Origin: Lytechinus pictus
Lineage: Eukaryota
NCBI RefSeq assembly: GCF_037042905.1
Contig: NC_087250.1
Coordinates: forward strand, 21,826,001 to 21,890,000
Reading direction: 5' to 3'
Length of the DNA stretch: 64,000 nucleotides
Below the pieces are notes generated by a model. It was not told the origin of the DNA and made no database searches. It was given only the letters and a program-made list of their open reading frames with translations. Shown here piece after piece: positions 26,801 to 38,800 of the stretch; within the stretch, counting starts at the first letter, position 1, and every line of letters starts with the position of its first letter. The translations under genes and the position numbers were made by a program.

Positions 26801-29800
26801 GATTCCTAAAATATAGTCCTTAAGATCTCCCTGTTTGGGATCAATGTATACAAAAATTTTCGGCTCGCGCATCGCGCTCGCATTGTTTAGCGAAACAGGT
26901 ACGTATCATGATCACAAAAATTCGATTATAAAGTTCCTTTTTAGGTCTGAATATCAAATATTTTCAGCTCGCGCTTCGCGCTCGCATTATTTGATTGCTG
27001 AGATGCGAATATTATTCATGATTACAATGACAACAAGTGCTTCCTTAAAATGTCTCTATTAGGTCAGTATACCTGACAACTGAGCGCGCTTCGCGCGCTC
27101 ACTAAGTGACTCAAGAATTTTGCTGGTGCCCCCCCCCCCAATGTCGTGACCCACGGTACGCCACTGGGAGGGGATGTCAGCTTCTGCTGGTAATAAAAAT
27201 AAATATGATGATCATGATAATCCAAAACGATGATCATAATAAAACTGGTGATAAAGAATATAAATGTTCATAAAATGTTATTGATAGTTACGCCTTGTGT
27301 TAACAATGTTAATCTTTTTCTAATAATGGCAGAGGTAAAAACGGGCAAAGGTAATGATGGCAAAGGTAAAAATGGCAGAGGTAATAATGGCCATTAATTG
27401 CCATTTTTATCTCTGCCATTTTTACCTCTGATTCCAGCATGGGACCTTCACTGGGCGAAATGGCGGTATGTCTCTCGATATTTTATTTTGAAGAAAAATA
27501 TTGAATTTTGCCGTAGATTTCCGCTAATTATTTTTCATGATTAAGGGGGTCTTAGATTTAGTTTTCTAATTGCAACAATAAGAGTTAGACCCGGTGTTGC
27601 AGCACGTGAAATTTATCATGGAAAAGGGCAATATCTATTTTTAAAAGAATATTCCACAATAGGGATGTGCCCCCCCCCCTTGATCTGCCAGTGCATGAAT
27701 TTAACATTGGGATATATTATATAGATTAAGCGAATGAGCCTAGCGACCGAAGCACTCCAAATGCATTAACAGACGAATCCACGAATTAACGGCAGTAGCC
27801 TATATTAATCAGTTTATGATTAAAAAATATCGTTCCTGTCTTAAAAAGTGAGGGGGGTATTTATATGCCAAACAAACAGAAACAAACAGAACGGCATGGG
27901 CGGATCATGAATCCCCCCGTATTTACGCCCTTGTGCAACAAACTAAAGTGGGTGATGAGGCTGATGTTCCCGTAGTTTCAATTTTTTGCTCTCTTGCATT
28001 TATTAATAGAATTTGTCTTTTATGCCATATTTGCCACCCCCCCCCTCCGTGACCCATAATTATTTTTTACTGACGGTTACGCCTGCAAAAAAACAACAAC
28101 TAGCCCCCCCCAAAAAAAAATCCTCATTCACTGAAGAGAACAAAATTTGTGTCTGTCACATCCCCCATCCAAACACACACACTATTTACTCCAACTGATG
28201 GGCCATGTTCTATGTGTTTTTTATCCTTGTTTTTGCATTGTGGGCATATAAAGATTTAAAAAAAGGAAAATCACCTTTTTTGTTACGTTGTCATCCATGC
28301 GCGCCCCTAATCTGGCTCGCTCCCGCAACCACCAATCTGCACTGAGAGTTTTATTATTCTTATATTATTACTAATGGTTAATAGATGTTTATAAGTTTTT
28401 AGTTTTAACTTCAATAGATAATTGATATCTTTTAATATAATTTCAATTTCAGTTCGTGCTTTTGTAGACACTGTACGCAAAATATAATGATTTATAGTCC
28501 GCTATCTTCAAAATCCTTATTGGTCGGGCGTTATTGGTCGATAACTCCAGCGCGATGATCTTGTCTTCTCATCTTCGCATCCTTAATAAGTTGACTTGAC
28601 GAGATTGAGGATCTTGACTTCTCATCTTCACATCCTAAATAATTCGACTTGATGAGATTCTGTATCTTGTTTTCTTATCTTCTTGTCCTAAACATGTCGA
28701 CTTGACGAGATTGAGGATCTTGTCTTCTTGTCTTCTCATCCTAAATAAGTCGACTTGACGAGATTGAGGATCTTGTCTTCTTATCTTCTCGTCCTGACGA
28801 AGTCGACTTGACGAGATTGATGATCTTGTCTTCTCATCTTCTCATCCTAAATAAGTCCACATGTCGAGATAATGAATCTTGTCATCTCGCCTTCTCATCC
28901 TAAATAAGTCGACATGTCGAGATAATGGATCTTGTCATCTCGCCTTCTCATTCTAAATAAGTCGACATGTCGAGATAATGGATCTTGTCATCTCGCCTTC
29001 TCATCCTAAATAAGTCGACTTGACGAGATTGATGATCTTGTCTTCTCATCTTCTCATCCAAAATAAGTCAACATGTCGAGATAATGGATCTTGTCATCTC
29101 GCCTTCTCATCCTAAATAAATCGACATGACAAGATTGAGGATCTCGTATTCTTGTCTTCTTTCCTCGTCTTCTTGTCATCTTGGCTCTTTTTCTCGTCTT
29201 CTCATCTTGTCTTCTGGGGGCACGTCTAAGCTTCCGTAGGTTTGTATAAGTTAAGAGTGCACATAACAGGAATATGATCACACAAAAGAGAACTGTGTGG
29301 CCAAGGTTTGCCAACTATAATTTCATCTGACTGTCGATGAATCATCAATCATCGATGAGTCAAGGGCAAAGACCTTATATATTACTAGACCGAAAGCTGC
29401 GTGCGCGTTCAGCACAAAACAAATGAGATTAGGCTCCGCCTACCGCGATCATTTGAAGACAAAAATAAGCCCTCATTGACATTCATGAGCATGAAGATAT
29501 TCATAATCCGGCCTTTTCATTGGCTAGGAGCGTCATTAATACGCGATTTCCCCGATTCTTTGTCATCGATACTAGTGGTATCGTGTTACAGAATTAAGTA
29601 TTCATTTGACCTCATTACGTCATCTAATTTATTCATTCAGAAACTTTTCTTTCCACACAAAAATGGACCTACGAACACTCCGGTGAGTACGTATAAATTG
29701 ATATAACCACATTAATTCAGTGGACTATTTACATATTTCACACTGTATTTTGTGATCTTAGGTTATTTCTTTAACTAATTAGAGAGTTTGCTATCATTCT

Positions 29801-32800
29801 TCTGTTAAAGAAAAGCAGAATTTGGTCTTTTAAATTGAAGTTAGATTGTCATCGTCGCCCGGCCCAGTGCAGCCTGTATGTTGCTTTTCAGTGGTTATGC
29901 CGCTGTGTCAACCACATGTATTTTGTACGGGCTCCTAGCCGGCTGGGCATCGAGAGAAAATCGGGCCGGGAGCCCATGATTGATTAAAACAAGAAGAATG
30001 AAGCTTCTTTTTGTACACTGTATAACGTATAGATCTAGAGGGAGATCTGCATCTATCTTCAGTAGATCGAGACTCAGTCAGGAATAAACTGTGAAGCGGA
30101 GTGTGGAAGAAGATATGCCTGTCATCATTGTGTCAATCCTCACTAGATTCTCGTCAGTTTCAGATATCAAATTTATTTTGCATAACTTCAGGCTTCTTCT
30201 GCATTTACCCCCCCCCCACCCATTTTAATTCTTATTGTTATTTATAATATATAGTTAGACTCGGTATACTATTAGAAATAACATGCTGCTCTGCATGTTT
30301 GTCTTACTCTTATTATCAATAGATCAAGATCTAATTTCTAACATGGTTAACAGAGCCTAGTCTTGCCTCTTAATTTTACTTCATCAGTTTATGTTATTTT
30401 TATCCATCGATGCTTGTAGTTGTACGTAGATCTAGGCCTACCTAATTAAAATCTAGTCATCTAACTTTTACTTTCCCAACCCTCGACACGTACCCCCAGG
30501 GCTTAGGATCTAGGTCTATAATTTTAGGCCTAGATGTAGGTCTGGGCCTAAACGACTACATTTACATATGTACGAGTATGACTGTTAGTGGACCAAGGAG
30601 ATCTATAGATCTACTCTCGGTCAATAATGGCAATGAAGGTTAAATCAGACATCAAAAATTTCTAAATCGATATACCGGTAGGCCTACATCTAGGTAAAGT
30701 CATCGAAGGGTTAGCTTTACATTCTAGGTCTAGCTAGATAGATCGAGAGTCTATCGATAGTCTAGATCTAGACCTTATTTAGATACATGAATGCTGTCAC
30801 GAAGCACTGATTCTGGTTGGACTAGATCTATACTTTTTTACAAATAGATCTAGACCTAGTGCATGAGATTATGAAATTATGTTGTTAAAATCAAATGAAT
30901 TAAGATTCGGAATTAAAAGATGCAGATTTTTTTTTTTTGGGGGGGGGGGGCAGACATGTGAAAAATTTAGAGAAACCTGAAATTCAGAAAGCGAGGGCCC
31001 GAAGCAACCAATATTGCCTAACTTTTTTTAGGGCTGTTTTTTGCATTTTCTAAATTGGATTTCATGCAATTCTTTTTTTTATGAAGGTTTTCACATTTCA
31101 GCTCCCACCCAAACCCCTCCCCCTACAGTGTTAGAAAATTAATCCTTAAAATAAAAGAAGTTCCTGCAGCAGAGTCTCGAGAACACCTGTAATTTTACCA
31201 GCTAGATTGCATAATCTTACATCATATCATGTAAAATTACAGGAAATTCGTATTTGGTGTATGGAACCTTACAAATTTCCTTAAATAAAACACCATTTTC
31301 CCCTTTTTAAACAGACCTGTTCTGTAGAAAAATTCCTGTTTTATGAATTTACAGAATGATTGTTATTGCTTTCTGCAAAATCTTGTTTTTTTTCTGTAAA
31401 ATCAGTTTTTTTTTTAACAGTGTACATACGGCCATGAAAGAGATCACTTGACACTTATTGTTCTCTCTTTTCTTTCACAAACAGGTTGAGTTTGAAGAAC
31501 AAGAAAAACAGTAGAGGTCTACCCGGTACCTATGGTTAAACATGATGATCATAAGTGCATGCATCATTTTGCAGATTCTCATCCAGGTATAAAAGTTATA
31601 CTAACCCATACAAAATTACAGATACATTACATGCATTGAAATGAATGTTAACCATGTTTACATTAAATAAAAATAACCTGAGCAACTGCTAAGAGGTAGG
31701 ATCTATACTGAATATACACTTCTTATATATACAGGCTCTCGACTCTCTCGAGTCTAAAATAGAACCAATGCCAAAAGTTATGTACCTTGTTCAAATTTAT
31801 AAAATAAGGTCATGTCCTTGATCTACTATTATTTAAATGGCCTTTTTATTTCCTATTTGTTTATAAACAAAGCAATATTTATTTTTCATGTTTTATATTT
31901 TATAAAATTCATTTTATTCATTCTTTAGTGTGATATTCATATTTCATATTTGTAGATTTACAATCTTTTTTAAATCTTATTATTTTACATTTTGTCCAAT
32001 AGGATGATGCAGCTCTACAATTTCCATGGAGGTGATTGATGATGATAAACATTTGGTGAAGTAGGCCTAATAGAACAGTGATAGGACCACAAAGAGAAAT
32101 ACAACCTACAGCAGTTATATGAGTGAGTTAATTAGTGATTATTTGTAATAATGGGGGGTTTTCACAATTTTTTAGGCAACAAATAGACCTGCCTTTGAAA
32201 AAACCATTTCAATTCTGTGTTTAGATTATAGTTAGGTGTCGTTTTTATTCGCAGATAAAAATATTCTGTGCAACAAAACATATCAACTTTAATTCTGACT
32301 ATTATATATAATTTATATATGTTAATTCATATATTCATATTTATAGGAAATCTCTGACTTTTTTTTTTATAGAGTACATGTAGTTATAATGGAGAGTGGT
32401 ATGTAAACTGCATAGAACAGGTTTAAGTGATATGCTTTGTAGAAGTACAAGTTTATAATTAGTAGAAGTAAGATTTCCTATGTTATGTGATGAAGAAATA
32501 TATATACCGGTATGTATAGTCTTACTTTTCTTAAAACATTTATGTTTTACAAATCATGACAATTTTAATTTAAATTCATTGATTTTCTTTCTATATTTTT
32601 TCAATCTGCAGGACTGGTGTAACAGATGTTTTCATTCCAGAAATCCAACAAATTGAAGAGTGACTTAGCTTAGGAAGCACTTGATAAAGATGGAAAAGGT
32701 TTTTTTTTTCAAGTCAAATTTTTTTAATATTATTATCACAACCCCAAATTCATGAAGTATGAAATTTCCTGTTGATTTTCATTAAAACTGATTGCAAAAG

Positions 32801-35800
32801 GAGAAGCTATAAACATACAAATAGGAGCGGCGAAGTGAAGTTGAAAGTGGGGGGGGGGGGAACAGGGAAAATGCTGTATTATGTGAAATTTTTAAGAAGT
32901 TGCGAGAGAGCAAAATTTTGACATTTTAAAAAAGAAAATCCAATTTTGTGATAGATTTCGACAAAATATTCAGAATGATATATTTCACCCTTTTTTTGGG
33001 GGGGGGGGGGCAAGAGTCCTTCAAGCCCCCCCCCCTCCATCTGTAGTGTACGAAACTGCTTATCTACCCCCACTCACATGAATTATTAAACTTAATGCAC
33101 AAAGGATTTCCTTATTGTTTTCTTGTTTCAAAGGGCACTCGTCATGGTGACCATAAAACGGGTCCTCAGGTGAAAGGGGCACAGAACAAGTTCTTGAGGA
33201 GCACTTTTCTTTGGTAAAAGGGGGCAGTCATTCGAGAAAGCTAGGGCACTTACAAGAAGGCGAGGGGGCACTTTTTAACACATAAAACGCGCCCTCAGAT
33301 GAAAGGGCACAAAACACGTTCGGGGGGGCATTTTTTGGTAAAAATTTGCATACAAGGAAGAGCACTTGGTAACACCTAAAACAGGTTCTCGTCAGGTGAA
33401 AGGGACACAGTACACGTTCGTGAGGGGGCATTTTTCTTACATAAATTAAAGGCACTTTTCAGTGCTTCAAAAAGTAGGGGGAACTATGCCCCCCAGGATC
33501 GCTGCCCCTGCATACAAAAAACATTTTCGTTCGATCCAAAGTGTTAACATACGCTTAAGAAAAAAAGTAAGGCTAAATCCTCTGATAATGTGATATTTTT
33601 TCTGGCTATTAATAAAATTCACAACTAACCAGAAAATGCCTTCATGTCTTTCATTTGTATTCATATAGTATTTGTACAGAGCTAAAATGAAAGGGATTTG
33701 GAATTGGCAAAATTCAAAATGAGATGGAGATCGAGAGAAAGAGTGATGAGAAGGGGGTTGAAAAGAGATGAGAAAGAAATGGAGGGGCACATATGAAGAG
33801 ATAATTTAGAGGGGGAGGGGTAAGAGAGCATGAATGGTGGAAAGTAGGAACAAAGGGGTGGAAGAGAAATAAGATGAGATTTATGGAAACCAGGAGACAG
33901 ATAACAAGTGGGAAAAGAAGAAGGAAATATATGTAGGAGAAGGGCGGCACCAAAAGAACGTGAGTGGGAAAATTATTAAATGGAAAAACAGAGCAAGAAA
34001 TGCTGGAGAATAAAGGGGACAGGAAACGTATTAAACATAATAAACTGGGGCCCGTTTCATCATGAGTTACAAGTATGGTAATTATGATTGGTTATAGCCG
34101 TTACCATCGTAGGTAACTACGATGGTAACTGCTATAACCAATCATAATCTAGGTTACCACGGTAATCACAATAACAGCGATGTTTAAATAGCTGTAATTC
34201 ATTATGAAACGGACGCCAGATGAAGAAAACAGGCACGGGGATCCATGAGGGGGCCGGCCCCTTACGTATTATACCTTGAACAAAAGATTTTTTTTTTGCT
34301 TCTCGAAATTTGTAACAAGAAATGTACTCTATTAGTGGTGACAGTTATTTTTTTCAGTAACCATACTCAACCAGTGAAAATTACCATCAAATTGTAATAA
34401 CCATGTTCTGCCCCCACCCGCCCCCCCCCCCTAGAAAAAAAAGAAAACAAGACTTTTGGGTCAGTGCAACAGCCCCCTTTGATCCGTTCGGCGGCCTCTG
34501 CCGGCTATTTAGAGTCTAGTTTCAATTCAATTATTTTATTTTCCACTTTCAATTTCATATTTACAATTATGATACAATTGACAAAGTAACATATAATCAC
34601 ATTTGAAGTACATACAAAAATTGACAACATTATAAAATTACAATAGACAATTATCAAATCGAAATATAAATAATTGAAAGGGATGGAGGGCCAACTGAAA
34701 AGCAGAGTTTGCAATGTAGGCCCCCCTAATATTGATTAATTAATATTGATTCTTTACATTTGTTAAAAACTAAGATTGCTGTATATCTTAACATGTGACA
34801 ATTTGGGAATGGCAAAAGCAATGGAGACCTCTTTACCTAATCAAGACTTGATCTACTCTTTTCATCTTCCCTTTTAGAATTAGCATAGGCCTATAAGACG
34901 CAATACAAACAATGCTTTGTTTTTGAGTGATATCGCTTGTGATATCGATACTTTATAGAGCGCAACGTATCGTCTCAGATTTGCGCTTGCTTGATTCGCT
35001 GAATCCTTCGCGTCACGAGCGCGTAACAAAATGAATACATTAATGAATTTGCCAAGTTGACCTTTGTCATTGCGCTGATGTGCGTATTGTCTGATACACG
35101 TACAAAACCACAGTTAACGAGGGAGCATCGTACGAAATTAATATTAATGAGGGCTTATTTTAGCTTCTAATGGATTAAACAAAATGGCGGTAGCTTCGGG
35201 GGCTTGGTCAAGGGTATGACCATGAATATGTGTACTAAAATCAACCAGTTGTGTGCAAAAAAGAGACTCGAGCAGATCCGAAAAAGATCTTGCCTCTGCT
35301 TTGACAGTATCCACATGGATATTAAAATCTCCAACAATGAGCAATGGGAGATTAGACAACAAATGACATTGGATGTAATCATTAAACTTAGATATGAATG
35401 ATATAACTGTTACAGGATGAGATTCGGAGTATGGCGGTCTGTAAATATTAATCAATTGCATATTAAATGACTGATATGAGACAAGATATTCAGCGAATTA
35501 TTACCAGCAGCTGCCATACGGACATCAATTGTATGTATGTATATGTTATATGTATGTATATCTCTATTGGCGATTGGTTTGAAAAATGTTGTCAAAATTA
35601 TTAGGCAAAAGGTTGTTATAATAGGAATACATAAAAACAGATAATTGAAAATCATGTAGTAAAGAAATTGGGAATATATTTAATTTTAAGAAAAGAGGTC
35701 TGCTATGACTTAAATCTTCAGTTATTGTTATAGCAAATGGATAAGAAGATTAAAATTCGTTTTAGGCGAATTATTCTTTGTCTTTGAGTGTGGTCACCAA

Positions 35801-38800
35801 TAAAATTTTACAAAAATCTTCATGATGATCATGGGTCTTGCTTTAAACGAAAAATCAGAGTTCAGTTTTCCTTATTCTTTGAAATCCTCACTAAATTTGG
35901 AATGTTAAAGGCTTGTTGGGGGAGTTTCATTATATTGTAAATACAATTTATTGTTTTCAACCAACAAGCAAATAAGATCGCATTGAATACCTGATAAGTA
36001 AAAAAAAAAATCTAGGAACTAGCAGGATATGAACCTCTCATCTATACACAACAAAAAAAGTAACTCCCCCCTAAATTAAATTGCTGTAACTTTTGAACGG
36101 AATTATTTTGAGACATGATATTCCGTAGGTGGTTTTCTACACTCATTAAGCAACTCCTGGGGAAAAATAAGATTGATCGGTCATGCATGAGTAATTAAAG
36201 ATTGAATTAAAAATAACCATTTTTGAAAGTCACAAGAGTCGTTTTTCAGATTGTGCAAATACAAAGTTGGGCAAATGTTGTCTTTATGTGAATTTTATGG
36301 TGTTATGCTGTTTTACTATCCATCATTTAGCCACTCCACACACAATTTTGATATATGTTCATGGTTGAGTGAGCACAATGTATTGCAGGGGCCGCGGAAG
36401 CGGGGGGGGGGGCGGGGTGGGGAGCTTCAGCCCCCCCACTTTTTTCCAAAAGCATGTACAAAAATGTAAAAATGACCATACGATTGTGATTTTTTGCATG
36501 GTCAGCCCCCCCCCCCCCCACTTTGAAAACCCTTCCCCGGCCCCTGTATTGTGACGTATCATCATAGGGGTTTATATATCCTCTACAACTTGTAAGATAA
36601 TGTTAAAATTTGAAAATGTTGGTGGCTCCCCCGATTATAGGCCCCTCCCCCATTTTCAAATTCTGGACCCACCACTGATTTGTCCATAAATTAAACTGAT
36701 CATGAGATATTGTTAGGAAAATAATATTTATGCAGTATAAAGAGTATTCATTCCTAAGTTTTCGAATGTGCTCGCTCAACCATGAAAATGTTTAAAGTTC
36801 GGAAAGTGTGTGGTGATAGAAATGATGGATGATAAAAACAATAGCAATTATAGTCTTATTTGAAACCGAATTTGCCCCAAATATTCACTTTATTACCCTT
36901 AAAATGAGTCTGTGACATTGAAAATACAAATTTTTACACTTTGATGCGTGCTCACTCATCCATAAATAAACAAATCGATTTCATTTTTACACAGAATTCT
37001 GCCCATAGGTTGATAAATATTACTGCCAAATGACATTGCTAAAGACAGCCGTGAAAAAAAGTTCCACCATATTGAATAAGGGGTTACTTATTCTTAAACA
37101 TGTGCACCCATAATGTACACAAGTCTATGAGAGACGAAGTCAAAATTTTAACAAATATGAAATGAGGGTTTGTTTCATGGACGGTTTTGTTACTTCTGCC
37201 AATAGTTATTTCATGAAACTTCGTACATGGCTTCAGAGTAACACTATCCAAAAGGCGCGCACACCAAAATAACCATTCGATACGACACAGAGTGGGGCCA
37301 AGGCCTTGAACTTTCTTCTCATTTGCATAATTTTCGAATATTGTGTGCTCACTGATGCATTAAACTTCGGGATTTTCATAAAAATCAAATCAAATGAACT
37401 ATGCAAGGATGTTTGTGACAGATATCCATAGTAACAAATTGCATTTTTTCCAATAACGTACAAAAGAGCTAATCACATTCCACATGTTCATTCAAGCGTG
37501 GATATTTAATTAACGCCTTTGAATCATTGAAGCATGTTAATTGGTCATGAACATAACGAAAAAGTTGAGAAAAGATCATTTTCAGTTCCCAAAATGAACC
37601 AATACTTGCCTATGATATTTGAAAATCGTATTTTTTGTTTTCATTAAATGTTCATTGAACCGTGAAACGATGAATATTGTTGAAGAAACTCTTCCAAAAA
37701 TAACTGTCATCATATTCTATCATTTTTATTGATATGAATGTGTAAAAAATCCAATTATAGCAAATTTGGACTTGTGTTAATTCAACCGTGAAATTTAGCC
37801 AAAAAAGTTGTATCGTCTTTTAAAGAGTACCTTTTACAAGCCTTCTGACTATTTTGTATGATGAGAATGTGGAATTAGTTCCAATAAAATGGAATCAAAG
37901 TCATGATATTTGGCTTGTGACTTTTGAAAAGTGACATTTTTGCCTTCTGACGGTGCTCACTGAAGCATGAAGTGAAATACGTCCATTACGTTTACTCAGA
38001 GGGTATAGCTTATAAAATTACCTGTACGATCATATAAAAATATATGAAAAACTCGCATTGGTTCGGAAATTATTGATGTTTGTTTAAGGGGGGACTTACT
38101 TTTTTTGTTGTGTATATTTATTGCCAGTCAGCAACTGTACAACTTATTTTTTTTCTACCTACAATCGAGCAGTCATTTGGGTTATTGGTGATTAATTTTG
38201 ACAATGTACATATTATTTCAAGTTCAATAAAAGTCTCAAAATTTATTTTTGCTATTTTTGGACGATTTACGGTTAGTTTTGACGTGGAAGGTAGGATAAT
38301 TTCTATCATGCAACACACTAAAAACAAAATTGAACCAGAAATGAAACACTTTTACCAACCTCTTGAGGCAAAATTTTGGACCCTCATTGGAAAAGGGTGC
38401 CAAAATAGACCTTGTTTGTTTGCATTCTAAAAGATGCAACTTTTCATCTTTTAAAGTGCAAAAGATTCAAAATTTGAACTTTTATCACATGGTTCATCGC
38501 TGTACCCTATAGGGTACTTTATATAATGGAAGTGTACCCTTATATGTGTACAAATGAGCACAATTGCACTCAATAGCACCCCCTTTAGGGTGCTGCTATT
38601 GTACCAACCCCAAGGGTTCGAATTTGAACCTCTACTACTTTCCCACTTACCAGGTCCATGGGCAAAGGCATTGGACAAACCAAGCGAGATTCCTATACCA
38701 GTTGAGGTGAGTCCTAAGTCCCGTTCTAGGAGCGGTAGATAGACTCCGATAGACTTGATAGTTCCTAAGACATAGCAAGTCTGCAGGAATAAGGCCAGAG

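Larger units (their letters stand above)
20721..29237. mobile_element. 8.5-kb foldback (FB/TU-like) non-autonomous element with inverted arms 20721-24830 and 24863-29237
   Basis: Ends ACGGAAGCTTAGACGTGCCCCCAG / CTGGGGGCACGTCTAAGCTTCCGT; AGGTTTGT duplicated at 20713-20720 and 29238-29245; arms are reverse-complementary throughout; 32-bp spacer. Confidence 0.93.

Noticed and set aside
20721..29237. Palindrome as a chimeric-read or assembly artefact
   Set aside because: Arms have private indels and substitutions, a TSD is present, and flanking LINE sequence continues in frame; long-read confirmation is still desirable
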